Shown one piece after another: positions 28,636 through 39,082 of a DNA stretch of 64,000 nt. The notes under the pieces were generated by a model. The model was given only the letters and a program-made list of their open reading frames with translations, was not told the DNA's origin and made no database searches. How positions within the stretch are numbered: position 1 is the stretch's first letter; each line of letters opens with the position of its first letter. The DNA comes from Candidatus Woesearchaeota archaeon (lineage in GTDB: Archaea; Nanobdellota; Nanobdellia; Woesearchaeales; UBA583). The position numbers and the translations under genes are program-made. The stretch spans positions 2,211-66,210 of the forward strand of contig JBLKOJ010000002.1 in assembly GCA_047602745.1 (NCBI GenBank), given 5' to 3'.

Positions 28636-29043
28636 ATGAATACAAAATCAATGTCATATGATATTCAAATACTTATTGCAAGACTTTTTATTGTAGGTCT
28701 TTTTGCAATGAGCGCATTTGGTAAAATTACTGCATTCTCTGCGCAAGCAGGATTTGCAGGTTCTTCATGGATTACAGCTACTCTTCCGTTTTTAACAGGA
28801 GAAGTATTATTAGTTGCTGCAATTTTAATGGAAGTTGTTGGAGTTCTTCTAGTTTTAACTGGATGGAATATGAAATATGGAGCATATGTTTTGATACTCT
28901 ACACATTTTTAGCCTCAATTATGTTTCACATTGGAGATGGAGAATTAATTGCATTTTTGAAAAATTTGAGTGTGATGGGAGGGTTATTAGTTCTCTCAAT
29001 GATGCATGCTGGAAAATTCTCTTTAGATAAAAAGGAGAATTAA
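28636..29043 (+). CDS. DoxX-family membrane protein, tandem paralog 1
   Basis: 135 aa with four hydrophobic segments. LIARLFIVGLFAMSAFGKI is typical of DoxX N-termini. Confidence 0.65.
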   Translation: MNTKSMSYDIQILIARLFIVGLFAMSAFGKITAFSAQAGFAGSSWITATLPFLTGEVLLVAAILMEVVGVLLVLTGWNMKYGAYVLILYTFLASIMFHIGDGELIAFLKNLSVMGGLLVLSMMHAGKFSLDKKEN

Positions 29044-29120
29044 TTCTTTTTTAATTTAGGATTTATACCTCTTCTATGCAACTATCTCTAGAATATAATA
29101 ATTTTTGTATTAAGCATTAT

Positions 29121-29129
29121 TTTATAAAT
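29121..29129 (+). promoter_or_regulatory. TATA-box-like element TTTATAAAT, 21 nt upstream of the ATG at 29151
   Basis: Recurring motif and spacing. Confidence 0.45.
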
Positions 29130-29150
29130 TAATTATCCTCTATAATATCT

Positions 29151-29558
29151 ATGAATCTAAAATCGATGTCTTTTAATATTCAGATACTTATTGCACGAAT
29201 TTTTATCGCAAGTATGTTTGTAGTAAGTGGAATTGGTAAAATTATTTCATTTTCATCACAAACTCAATTTGTAAATTCTTCATGGATAATGAATATAATT
29301 CCATTTTTAGCTGCTGAAGTAGTTCTAGTTATTGCAATTATGATGCAACTTATTGGAGCAACTCTAATTTTAACTGGGTGGAATATGAAGTATGGGGCAT
29401 ATATTTTAATGCTTTTTACATTTTTAGCCCTACTAATGTTTTATATCGAAGATTTAGAAATAGCTAATATACTGAAAAATTTAAGTGTAATAGGAGGATT
29501 ATTAGTACTCTCAATGATGCATGCAGGAAAATTCTCTTTAGATGAAGAGGAGAATTAA
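29151..29558 (+). CDS. DoxX-family membrane protein, tandem paralog 2
   Basis: Also 135 aa. It shares GWNMKYGAY and the C-terminus GGLLVLSMMHAGKFSLD with paralog 1. Confidence 0.65.
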   Translation: MNLKSMSFNIQILIARIFIASMFVVSGIGKIISFSSQTQFVNSSWIMNIIPFLAAEVVLVIAIMMQLIGATLILTGWNMKYGAYILMLFTFLALLMFYIEDLEIANILKNLSVIGGLLVLSMMHAGKFSLDEEEN

Positions 29559-29608
29559 ATTCTCTTAATTTTCACAAATTACTTAAATATTAATATTTTA
29601 TTTAATAT

Positions 29609-31399
29609 ATGAATAAGGTTAATATTATATTTATATTAGTGTTAATAAGTACAATAATTAGTGGGTGTACTCTTAGTTCTTCAGTTAATGTGCAGAACTT
29701 AATTGAAGCAAATTCTCAAGTTCAAAGTTTTTTAGAAGAATTTCCAAATACAAATATTCAAATTACACACTTTTCTTTTGATGAAAGTTTAACTCTGCAA
29801 GAAGAATTTGAAAAAAATTGTGCTAAAACTTTTACTCAAAAAGAACTATATAGATTTTCAATTCAAGATAATACTCAAAACTTAGAATTGATTGGATTTT
29901 TAGACTCAAATGCAGGAGTTGTAGAATGTGTAAATAGGATAGCTGTTCATAATAATGTAATAATTGATGATGACTCTGATATTAATGAAAATAATCATAA
30001 TATAGATAATCAAAAAAATTCTCAAAATGAATCTAAAAGCGAAGATATCAAAGAAGAATTAACCTCCTACGTAAATGATGATGAAAAAACTCCATATATG
30101 GAAAAAGAGAATCAATTTAAAGTTACTTCACTCAATGTTCAAGAAGTAAATGGTCAATATGTTGCAACAGTTACAATGCAAAACGAAAATGTATCATCAG
30201 GAGTGTTTACTGATGTATTTTTTGAAGTAGAAGGAGTAGTTACAAGACAAAGTGTAACTGTTGATCAAGCAACATCAATCCAATCCTTTAAATTAAGAGA
30301 TGTATTATCAAATTATGATAGTTTAGTTGTCGGTAATTCGTATCGATTGAGTGTTGAAGTTGGAAATACAAGTGTTAATCAATCTTTTATCTTTAACACT
30401 ATAGCCGAGGAGTCAGGACTTCCAGTATCAATTAACTCAGTTGAAGTAAATGGATTAAAGTTAAATGATTTTTCATCTCTAAGTGTTCAAAATGGTGGAA
30501 CTGTTTATATTACTATTTCATTTGTTGGACAAAGAGATGCAGATAATGCAGGATTTAAAGCAGATATTCAAGGTTATGAACAAGTTATTTTACAAGATTC
30601 AACTAATTTATTTAGAGTTAGACAAGGTGTTGCTTCATCACAAACTTTAAGTATTAATTTACCTGCTGATATGAATTCACAACAAGAATATATTTTAAGA
30701 GTATATGGAAGTAATGATTTATCAGGATTAACATATAGAGAATATTCATTAAATATCGAGTCCTCTCAAAACTCTTTACAAATAACTGATTTAACTTTAA
30801 ATCCTTCAACTGGGGTTGAACCTGGACAAGCAGTTATTGCAAATGTTCGAGTAAATAATAGAGGTCAACAAAATCAAGGGACAGTTAAAACAATTGTAGA
30901 AGTTCCAGAATTAAATATTAGAGCTGAGAGTTTCTTAACTAACTTAAATGTTGGTGAAGCCAGAACTAGTGAAGATATGTATTTAGGAGTTCCAAGAGAC
31001 GCAGAACCTGGAATATATACTGCAAATGTAATTATACAGTATAACGAGGGTTATACTCAATCAAAAGCAGAGTTTGACTTTGTTGTGTTGATGTCTCGTG
31101 AAACAAATAATAATCTAATTATAAGTGTTGGAGATATAGAGAATCTTAAAGCAGGGATAACTACTTCATTTGATGTAATTGTAGTAAATCCAACTTTACA
31201 AACTAAAACTATTAGAATTACTACAGATTCAGAGTTAGCAACAGTAGATATAAATCCTACATTTAGTAGTATTCAGCCTGGTTCTGACAGAACATTTAAT
31301 ATAGAAGTCACTCCAAATTCAGAAATTAAAGATAATCAAAATATTGTATTATATGTTAAAGATGCAAATACGGTTATTGAAGAGATTATTATTAATTAA
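29609..31399 (+). CDS. Secreted lipoprotein-like surface protein with CARDB/NEW3-like Ig-fold repeats
   Basis: Signal peptide with IISGCTLSS (lipobox-like). LNPSTGVEPGQAVIANVRVNNRGQQNQGTVKTIVEVPE...EPGIYTANVIIQY follows the CARDB pattern. Confidence 0.6.
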   Translation: MNKVNIIFILVLISTIISGCTLSSSVNVQNLIEANSQVQSFLEEFPNTNIQITHFSFDESLTLQEEFEKNCAKTFTQKELYRFSIQDNTQNLELIGFLDSNAGVVECVNRIAVHNNVIIDDDSDINENNHNIDNQKNSQNESKSEDIKEELTSYVNDDEKTPYMEKENQFKVTSLNVQEVNGQYVATVTMQNENVSSGVFTDVFFEVEGVVTRQSVTVDQATSIQSFKLRDVLSNYDSLVVGNSYRLSVEVGNTSVNQSFIFNTIAEESGLPVSINSVEVNGLKLNDFSSLSVQNGGTVYITISFVGQRDADNAGFKADIQGYEQVILQDSTNLFRVRQGVASSQTLSINLPADMNSQQEYILRVYGSNDLSGLTYREYSLNIESSQNSLQITDLTLNPSTGVEPGQAVIANVRVNNRGQQNQGTVKTIVEVPELNIRAESFLTNLNVGEARTSEDMYLGVPRDAEPGIYTANVIIQYNEGYTQSKAEFDFVVLMSRETNNNLIISVGDIENLKAGITTSFDVIVVNPTLQTKTIRITTDSELATVDINPTFSSIQPGSDRTFNIEVTPNSEIKDNQNIVLYVKDANTVIEEIIIN

Positions 31400-31477
31400 A
31401 CGACTTAAAAAAATTTTAATAATTAAAATAGTAAAATAAATTACAAATCAAGTGATTGAAAATCACTTAGAGCAAAT

Positions 31478-33193
31478 CTACATCTCTTCTAATACATCTA
31501 TATGTAATAACCTCAATGTTTTCTTAATAGTATGAGCTGTTAAATGAGAGATGTATAATAATTCAAACTCTTTTTCATGTCCTATAAATTGTGTAGTTTG
31601 ATATAATTCATTAAACTCTTTACATAACTGCATGGTGTAATGTGCAAGTTGAGAGATTTTATATTTTTGAGCACTATCAACAACCATTTCAGGATATTTT
31701 GAAATTTTTTCAAGAAGAGATATCTGTAAAGAGTCAAAATTTAATTCTTTTTCTTGAAGTTTTTGCACATTAAACTTGCCTCTCTTTAAAAGTGATTGAA
31801 TTCTTGCATAACAATATTGAACGTAAGGACCTGTTTCTCCTTCAAAACTCAAAGCAGTATCTACATCAAAATTAATACTATGTGTAGGAGCTGCTTTTAA
31901 AAAATAAAATGCAAGTGCTCCAAATCCAATTACATGTGCTCTTCTCTCAAGTTCATCATGTGACAAGTTTGCACATCGAGTAAGTAAATTCTCTCTTGCT
32001 TTACTCACACACATCTCATAGACTTCATCAGCTCCAATTGTATTGCCAACTCTTGAGGAGAATTTTTTCCCTTCTTTATCAAATACATATCCATAAGAGA
32101 AATGATAATTTTTTTCATACCCCCCTAAACTAAATCTTTTTAAAATTTCAAATAACACATTAAAATGATATTCTTGCTCATGTCCTACAATAAAAATACT
32201 CTTATCGGGTTGAAATAATTCCTCTTTTAATTGTGCTAAATACACATCTTGTGTCATATACAGAGTTGTTTTATTTGACCTGAGTAAATATTTTTTCCCC
32301 AGTTTTACATTTTCTAAATCAATTCCCACAGCTCCACTTTCATCTTCAAACATACCTTGAACATTATTTTTTAACGCTTTTTCAATTAATTCTCTTCCTT
32401 TATCATAGACTTGACTTTCATAAAACTCTGTATCAAATTGATGTAATTTGTAATGGTGATATGTTTTTTTATATCCCTGATATACCAACTCTAACACTTC
32501 ACTCCACAACTGTCTTACTTCTTCATCTCCTGCTTCCCATCTCTCAAGCATTATCATTGCTTCTTTGTATGTAGGTGAATTTCCTTCCCCTAACTCCTTC
32601 TCTTCTTCTTTAATACTATTTGATATTTTTGCATACAAATACGCTACATATTCATCAGTTTTCAAATTTAGACCCTCTTGTGATTCAACATCTTTAAAAC
32701 GTTGATATCCAAGCATTGCATAACAAATTGAGATTCCCCTATCATTATTCAAATTTGTAGTTACAACTTCATGCCCTACTTTTTTGAGAAGTAAATATAA
32801 ACTATTTCCAATAAGCATATTTCTCGTATGCCCAATATGTAAATTTTTATTGATATTTGGAGATGGAAATTCAATGACAACTTTTTGAGATTCTTCTACT
32901 TTTGGATTCTCAGAGTATTTTTTGATTAATTCCTTTGCATATTCATTTGGACTAAATGTGAAATTAAGAAATGGACCTCTTGCTTGTATAGTTTCAATTT
33001 CTTTGGGTTTATTTTGAGATAATTGTTCTTCTAACTCTTTTGCTATTTGTGCAGGGTTCTTTCCAAGTTGTTTTGCTAAAATAAAACAAGGAAGAGACAA
33101 ATCTCCATGTTCTTTTAATTTAGGAGCTTCAAGTAATTTCTCATCTATTTTAAAATTATGTTTCTTAAGCATTTCAATAATAACTGATTTCAT
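31478..33193 (-). CDS. argS: Arginine--tRNA ligase
   Basis: SPNINKNLHIGHTRN (HIGH motif) and a DALR-type anticodon-binding C-terminus ending in M, typical of ArgRS. Confidence 0.9.
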   Translation of the reverse strand: MKSVIIEMLKKHNFKIDEKLLEAPKLKEHGDLSLPCFILAKQLGKNPAQIAKELEEQLSQNKPKEIETIQARGPFLNFTFSPNEYAKELIKKYSENPKVEESQKVVIEFPSPNINKNLHIGHTRNMLIGNSLYLLLKKVGHEVVTTNLNNDRGISICYAMLGYQRFKDVESQEGLNLKTDEYVAYLYAKISNSIKEEEKELGEGNSPTYKEAMIMLERWEAGDEEVRQLWSEVLELVYQGYKKTYHHYKLHQFDTEFYESQVYDKGRELIEKALKNNVQGMFEDESGAVGIDLENVKLGKKYLLRSNKTTLYMTQDVYLAQLKEELFQPDKSIFIVGHEQEYHFNVLFEILKRFSLGGYEKNYHFSYGYVFDKEGKKFSSRVGNTIGADEVYEMCVSKARENLLTRCANLSHDELERRAHVIGFGALAFYFLKAAPTHSINFDVDTALSFEGETGPYVQYCYARIQSLLKRGKFNVQKLQEKELNFDSLQISLLEKISKYPEMVVDSAQKYKISQLAHYTMQLCKEFNELYQTTQFIGHEKEFELLYISHLTAHTIKKTLRLLHIDVLEEM

Positions 33194-33252
33194 AGTTATA
33201 ACAGATTAATTCTTTTATTTAAAGATTTGTACAATTAGAAATTTTAATTTTA

Positions 33253-34056
33253 TCAAAAAAACTCATCAGCTTGAAAAGTAATACTTAAAATTGAAATTTC
33301 TAAACATTTTTTCTCCTCTTCATTTAATTCCTCTATTTTTGAAATATATGATGGAAGAGATAATGCCAAGTTTGAATCTTTTTGAGTTATATCTGAAAAT
33401 ATTGCGTATAAAAACTCTTTTTTAAGAGCATATTCTTGATGTATAGATAATATCTTTTCAAAATTTGCTTGGGGAGGATTAACGTATTCTTTTTGAGGGT
33501 CAAGAGGATAGTTAGATAATATAGGAATTATGGAAAAATTTTCTTCTTCCATTTTAGTTATTATTTGATCTGAATTTAATCTTTTAAAATCTAAGTTCTC
33601 AACTGAATAATTTTTTGAACCTAGAAGAAACGTCTCCTCATTAAAAATTTCAAAGTCTAATGTATCAAATATTATTTTAGATTTTACCCTTACTGGTAAA
33701 GAAGATTTTATTTTTGAATATAATGAAACTACTTTCTGAACTCTATTCTCTTTGTTTGCTCTATAAAAATCTATTAAATAGATAGGTAAATCACTAGATT
33801 GAAATAGATTCTTCTTAGAAATATTTTCAACCAATTGATTTATTTGATTTTCTTCTAATTTAATTAAATTATTATATTTGTAAATTGATTTATGATTTAA
33901 ATTTTCATTATAATTATTATGTTTATGTGAAAAATATATATCAAGAGGTATAACTAAATTTCCTCCAAATTGAATTTGTTTTGAGAGTATTAAAAAAAAT
34001 TTAGACTTTTCTTTATTGATAACTTTAATTATATCTCCTTTTGAAATTCTAATCAT
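33253..34056 (-). CDS. Hypothetical protein; the N-terminal 40 aa weakly resemble a MazF/CcdB SH3-like fold
   Basis: 267-aa ORF. ISKGDIIKVINKEKSKFFLILSKQIQFGGNLVIPLD loosely matches rGDI..v....k..lvls......vviPl. Confidence 0.4.
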   Translation of the reverse strand: MIRISKGDIIKVINKEKSKFFLILSKQIQFGGNLVIPLDIYFSHKHNNYNENLNHKSIYKYNNLIKLEENQINQLVENISKKNLFQSSDLPIYLIDFYRANKENRVQKVVSLYSKIKSSLPVRVKSKIIFDTLDFEIFNEETFLLGSKNYSVENLDFKRLNSDQIITKMEEENFSIIPILSNYPLDPQKEYVNPPQANFEKILSIHQEYALKKEFLYAIFSDITQKDSNLALSLPSYISKIEELNEEEKKCLEISILSITFQADEFF

Positions 34057-34317
34057 TATAAAAGTATGAAAGATATATTTATAAATATAGATAAAATAGT
34101 ATATGTAATTGGTAGATTTCTATATTTCTATACCAAGAATTGATAAGTATTATTGTTCTTAAAAACATGGAATTAGACATTAAATTATTCTAATGTAACT
34201 ATGTTGCAAAATACTTGAACTGTAATTTTATATAAAAATTAAAGAAATTAGTTAAAAATTATATGAAAATTAACAAAATTGTTAGAAATTAACAAACATA
34301 ATATATATTATTAAAAA

Positions 34318-36273
34318 ATGAATATTAAATTATTAGACGAAATTTTAAAAGAACTTCCAAAAGATAAAGTATCTTCAGTTGAATTTGAAGCAGCAAATAT
34401 TGTAGTATATACTATTGATAAGGATTTCTTATTTAATGGAAGAGATAAACTTAGACAAATTGTTCAAAAATTCAAAAAAAGAATTGCACTAAGAGCTGAT
34501 CCTTCTATTTTACTTTCTGAAGAAGAAACTGAGAAAAAAGTTAAAGAAATTTTACCAGATGTTACTATCGATAAATTCTTATTTGATAATGCAAGATCTA
34601 GTTTAACTCTTGAAGTTGATAATGTAGGTTCTGCTGTTGGGCAAGGAGGGAGTAATTTAAGAACTATTCAAGAAAATACAAATTGGAGTGTAAACATTAG
34701 AAGAAAACCCCCTATGAGATCACTTACAGTTGATACTATGAGGGCAATTGAATTTCAAGAAAGTGAATACAGAAGAAAATTTCTAAATAATGTTGGTAAA
34801 AGAATTTATGGTGGTTGGAAAAGTGGTAAAATCAAAGGTTGGTCAAGAGTAACTGTGTTAGGGTCAGGTCTACAAATTGGACGTTCTGCTTGGTATTTAC
34901 AAACAAGTGAGAGTAGAATTTTATTTGATTGCGGAACTGATCCTGCAGTTCCTCATGGAGACCCTAATGAATTTCCAATTTTAGATTCTCCTGATTTTAA
35001 GATTGAAGATATTGATGCTGTTGTTGTGTCTCACGCACATATTGATCATATAGGTTTAGTTCCGTATTTGTATAAAATTGGATACAAGGGCCCTATTTAT
35101 TGTACTGAACCAACAAGAGATATTATGGCTCTTTCCCTAATTGATACTGTAAAAATCTGGAATAATGATGGTCACTCTAACTCCTCTTTATATAAAGTTG
35201 AAGATATTAAAGAAATGCTTAAACATGTAATTACTCTTGATTATGAAGAAGTAACTGATATTGCTCCAGATATTAGATTAACTCTATATAATGCGGGTCA
35301 TATTATAGGTTCAGCTTTTTGTCATGTAAATATTGGAAATGGAATTCACAACTTTATGTATGGGGCTGATTTTAATTTTTCAAATAAACAAAGACTATTA
35401 AATAGAGCACATACGAATTTTCCAAGACTTGAGAGTATGACTTTAGAGAGTACTAATTGTGGTCCAAAAGATCAATCAATGCCAAGAGAAGAGGGAGAAG
35501 AAGAGTTTTTAAAATTATTACTTGATGCATATATTGATGGTGGAAAAGTTTTAATTCCTGTATTTGGAATTGGACGTTCACAAGAGATGCTTTTAACTAT
35601 TGCTCATTTAATTGAAGAAGAGAGATTACCTAAGAATTTCAAAGTATTTATTGATGGTATGGTTGGAGAAGTAACCGCAATTCACACAGCATATCCCGAG
35701 TTTTTAAATCATCAACTAAGAAATAGAATCTTAAGAGGAGATAATCCGTTCTTACTTGAAAATTTTAAACAAATAAGCTCTCACCAACAAAGACAAGAAG
35801 TGATTCAGAGCACTGAACCCTGTGTTGTTCTTGCAACTTCAGGTATGATGAATGGGGGGTCTTCAGTTGAATATTTCAAGCACTTTGCACCCGATAAAAA
35901 AAACATGATTATTTTTGTAGGTTATCAAGCCAATGGGACACTAGGTCGAAAAGTTAAAAATGGAGAAAAAGACATCCTAATTAATAATACTGGAAGTGTA
36001 GATGATAGATTAAAAGTTAATTTACGAGTTGAAGAAATGAAAGGAGCATTCTCAGGGCACAGCGATTTATATTCCTCTAAAAAATTCTTACAAACTTTAA
36101 GTATAAAACCTCAACAAATTATATTAAATCACGGGGAACCTAGTAAAATTAAATTTTACGCTGAAGTCATTAAAAAGTTATATCCTGAATCAAGAGTATA
36201 TACTCCTGATAATTTAGATAGTATCAGACTTGGAAAAGATGAAGGACATAGAAGAGAGTTTGGAGAATTTTAA
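34318..36273 (+). CDS. Archaeal CPSF1-type beta-CASP ribonuclease with N-terminal KH domains
   Basis: KH-like N-terminus (VGSAVGQGGSNLRTI), metallo-beta-lactamase motif VVVSHAHIDHIG, beta-CASP region, and C-terminal GHSD and NHGE motifs. Confidence 0.9.
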   Translation: MNIKLLDEILKELPKDKVSSVEFEAANIVVYTIDKDFLFNGRDKLRQIVQKFKKRIALRADPSILLSEEETEKKVKEILPDVTIDKFLFDNARSSLTLEVDNVGSAVGQGGSNLRTIQENTNWSVNIRRKPPMRSLTVDTMRAIEFQESEYRRKFLNNVGKRIYGGWKSGKIKGWSRVTVLGSGLQIGRSAWYLQTSESRILFDCGTDPAVPHGDPNEFPILDSPDFKIEDIDAVVVSHAHIDHIGLVPYLYKIGYKGPIYCTEPTRDIMALSLIDTVKIWNNDGHSNSSLYKVEDIKEMLKHVITLDYEEVTDIAPDIRLTLYNAGHIIGSAFCHVNIGNGIHNFMYGADFNFSNKQRLLNRAHTNFPRLESMTLESTNCGPKDQSMPREEGEEEFLKLLLDAYIDGGKVLIPVFGIGRSQEMLLTIAHLIEEERLPKNFKVFIDGMVGEVTAIHTAYPEFLNHQLRNRILRGDNPFLLENFKQISSHQQRQEVIQSTEPCVVLATSGMMNGGSSVEYFKHFAPDKKNMIIFVGYQANGTLGRKVKNGEKDILINNTGSVDDRLKVNLRVEEMKGAFSGHSDLYSSKKFLQTLSIKPQQIILNHGEPSKIKFYAEVIKKLYPESRVYTPDNLDSIRLGKDEGHRREFGEF

Positions 36274-36436
36274 TCCTCTTAAGTTTTGCAACGCAAAACT
36301 AGAATATTGCTCTAAAAGTTATGTACTTTTTTAAAATTTAAATTGAAATTTATTAAAACTATATACTTTAATTTCGAATTTCTCAACAGAATTATAAAAA
36401 CATAAACATTTAAATTAATAATATCTAGAATATAAT

Positions 36437-37060
36437 ATGAATAAAATTATAATACTATTACTATTATTTTTGCTCACTATCTTTAATGGATGCCTAAATG
36501 TAAATATTGAACAAGAGATTAAAAGAAATGGTAGTTTTAATATGGAAATTACATTTCATTCAGATATTCCAATGGCTGTTTCAAACATTGAAGAAGAATT
36601 AGAACTTAACTCAGCATTGGAAGAATTTGTAACAATTAAGACTACTTCAAATAGTGTCACCTATATCTTTACTAATGTTGACCCTACCCAAAATAATCTT
36701 TTTATTAATTTAAATAGTAGCACATCTAAGAGTTCACTTTTTAAATCTAAAAGTTATAACTTAAGCAAAGAGTTTAAATTTCCATTTCACTATTATAGAT
36801 ATGAAATAAAAATTCCATTTGATGAAGAAAATTTAGAAGCTGGAGTTAATGAAGAAAATTTATTTGAAGATGAATTTAGTGAAATGTTTGAAAATCTGTT
36901 TAATATTGGCTATAATGTAAAAGTATTTGGCAAAATTATTAACTCAAATGGGGAAAAAGTTAATAAGAACGAAGTTAATTTTTCACTTATATCTCATACA
37001 GATGAGGTATTGTTTGTTGAATTTAGAGACCTATTTTTTATGAACTGGTTTTTAAGATAA
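36437..37060 (+). CDS. Hypothetical lipoprotein-like secreted protein
   Basis: Signal peptide IILLLLFLLTIFNGC followed by an acidic domain of about 190 aa. No family recognised. Confidence 0.45.
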   Translation: MNKIIILLLLFLLTIFNGCLNVNIEQEIKRNGSFNMEITFHSDIPMAVSNIEEELELNSALEEFVTIKTTSNSVTYIFTNVDPTQNNLFINLNSSTSKSSLFKSKSYNLSKEFKFPFHYYRYEIKIPFDEENLEAGVNEENLFEDEFSEMFENLFNIGYNVKVFGKIINSNGEKVNKNEVNFSLISHTDEVLFVEFRDLFFMNWFLR

Positions 37061-37368
37061 ATTTATTTTATTTAAAAAAAATGGATTAAAATATAATTGA
37101 AAAGCCCCTACTAATATTCAGACTTTTGATAAAACAAATTGAAAAAATTCTAAACATGTAATGAGCAATATTGTATTTAAAATCTAAATAATAAAATATT
37201 TTCCAATTCAAATAACTGCTCAATTAATTTACAAATTTAGTATTTAAATTTTGTATGTTGAATTATAATATACTATAAATCAGTTTCTAGATACAATAAA
37301 TAAACAAATTTTCAAAATTTAAAATAAAAAACGTATTAAAAAATTCCAAAATAAAGTTAATACTCAAT

Positions 37369-37377
37369 TTTATAAAA
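37369..37377 (+). promoter_or_regulatory. TATA-box-like element TTTATAAAA, 21 nt upstream of the ppaC ATG
   Basis: Recurring motif and spacing. Confidence 0.45.
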
Positions 37378-37398
37378 TAGCTCTAATTAATAAATTAT

Positions 37399-38334
37399 AT
37401 GATAAAATATAATGTTATTGGACATAAAAATCCAGATACTGATGCTATCTGTTCAGCTATTGCTATGGCTGAATTTATGAAAGCAAAAGGACATGACGCT
37501 CAGGCATACAGACTTGGAGAATTAAATAATGAAACTAAATTTGTTCTTAAATATACAAACACTCAAATTCCTGAAATGATAACTTCTCTTGAAGAAGGAA
37601 GTCAAGTAGTATTAGTAGATCATAATGAGAAAACTCAAAGTATTGATAATATTGATAAATACTCAATTTATTATATTGTTGATCACCATAAATTTAGTTT
37701 AGAAACTTCAACTCCTCTCTATATTAGAGCAGAACCCGTTGCATCAACATGTTCTATTATTGCTAAAATGTTTAGTGAAGAACAAATTGAAGTGAGTAAA
37801 GAACTTGCTACATTAATGATTTCAGCAATTATTTCAGATACTCTTTTTTTTAGATCTCCAACTACAACTCATGAAGATAAACAATTAGTTGATATGCTCA
37901 ATGAAATTGCTCAAATTGAAGATTTAGAAAAATTTAGTTTAGAAATGTTCAAAGCTAAAAGTGATTTAGGAAATATTACTGCAATTGAAATGATTCAACT
38001 TGATTACAAAGAATTTAATTTCAATAATCAAATGTATAGTATTGGAGTTATGGAAACTACAAGTCCAGATTTTGGAATTGATAAACTTGATGAAATTAAA
38101 GAAGCTCTAACACAAATTCAAGAACGGGATAATTTACAAGGTGTCATGTTTAGTATTGTGGATATTTTAGAGGAGAAGAACTATTCTATTTGTTCAAATG
38201 AAGAGTTCAGTGTTCAAGTACAAGAAGCATTTAAAGCAAATGTGTTGAAGAATGGATTTTTAGATTTAGGAAGTGCTGTCTCTCGCAAGAAACAAATTGT
38301 ACCAACTCTAAAAGCATTTTTGGAGAAAAATTAA
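37399..38334 (+). CDS. ppaC: Manganese-dependent inorganic pyrophosphatase (family II, DHH-DHHA2)
   Basis: VIGHKNPDTDAICSAIA, VLVDHNE, VDHHK and the DHHA2 region. Length 311 aa is typical. Confidence 0.9.
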   Translation: MIKYNVIGHKNPDTDAICSAIAMAEFMKAKGHDAQAYRLGELNNETKFVLKYTNTQIPEMITSLEEGSQVVLVDHNEKTQSIDNIDKYSIYYIVDHHKFSLETSTPLYIRAEPVASTCSIIAKMFSEEQIEVSKELATLMISAIISDTLFFRSPTTTHEDKQLVDMLNEIAQIEDLEKFSLEMFKAKSDLGNITAIEMIQLDYKEFNFNNQMYSIGVMETTSPDFGIDKLDEIKEALTQIQERDNLQGVMFSIVDILEEKNYSICSNEEFSVQVQEAFKANVLKNGFLDLGSAVSRKKQIVPTLKAFLEKN

Positions 38335-38340
38335 ATAATC

Positions 38341-38349
38341 TTTATAAAT
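38341..38349 (+). promoter_or_regulatory. TATA-box-like element TTTATAAAT, 14 nt upstream of the ATG at 38364 (20 nt from the ATG at 38370)
   Basis: Recurring motif. The spacing favours the second ATG. Confidence 0.4.
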
Positions 38350-38363
38350 ATACATTTTTTAAT

Positions 38364-39050
38364 ATGTGTATGCAACTCAACTCAGTAAAGTTAATTTTTA
38401 TACTCTTAACACTATTTAATTTCTCTTTAAGTTTCTCAACAACTGATAATTGTTTTGAATCAAGTGCAGTAGGAGAAATTGGTTCAGGGAATACTTGTGA
38501 GGGTATGCTTATTGTTAATGAGAGTATGCTTAAACAAGCTGCAACAAGTATTTATGGAGGAGATGAAAGTTTTGAAATTAGAGGTCCTAATAATATTCTT
38601 TATACTTTTGAAGATTCTGAGTTTAATATTTTTACAGGATAAGTGACAAATATGACTAACTTATTTAGAGGTTCCTTCTTTGAAGATAATTCTATTTTTA
38701 ATGGTGATATTGGATATTGGGATGTGAGAAATGTAACTGAGATGGATGAGATGTTTAGAGACGTAAATTTGTTTAATCAAGATTTAAGTTGTTGGAATGT
38801 GACATTAATAGAAACTAAGCCCATTACATTTAGTACGAATTCTCCTTTAGCTTCTCAAAATATGCCTAAATGGGGAACTGATGGATCGCTTGATTGTACT
38901 ATTACTGGGGATTCTACTGATATTCAAAGAGAAGATGAACTCTCAAATATTTCTTCTGAGTTTGAAAATTCTGAGCCTGAATTTTCATTGAGCAAATTAA
39001 TTTCAAGAATTTTAGAAAGTATAGTTAATTTTTTTAATATACTCAATTAG
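38364..39050 (+). pseudogene. DUF285/BspA-type surface-repeat protein interrupted by an in-frame TAA at 38640-38642
   Basis: Track ORFs 38364..38642 and 38643..39050 are in the same frame. The junction reads NIFTG-stop-VTNMTNLFRG...FNGDIGYWDVRNVTEMDEMFRDVNLFNQDLSCWNV, the 26-residue repeat pattern (VT.M..MF...FNqDi..WdVs). CAA to TAA would explain the stop. Confidence 0.5.
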
Positions 39051-39082
39051 CTCTGAATAAATAAATTATAAATATTAATTAA

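Noticed and set aside
34230-34300. Short direct repeats (gaaaattaacaaaat / gaaattaacaaacat) upstream of the aCPSF1 gene, considered as regulatory repeats.
   Set aside because: They are short, imperfect and A/T-only, so they cannot be distinguished from chance in this composition without comparative data.
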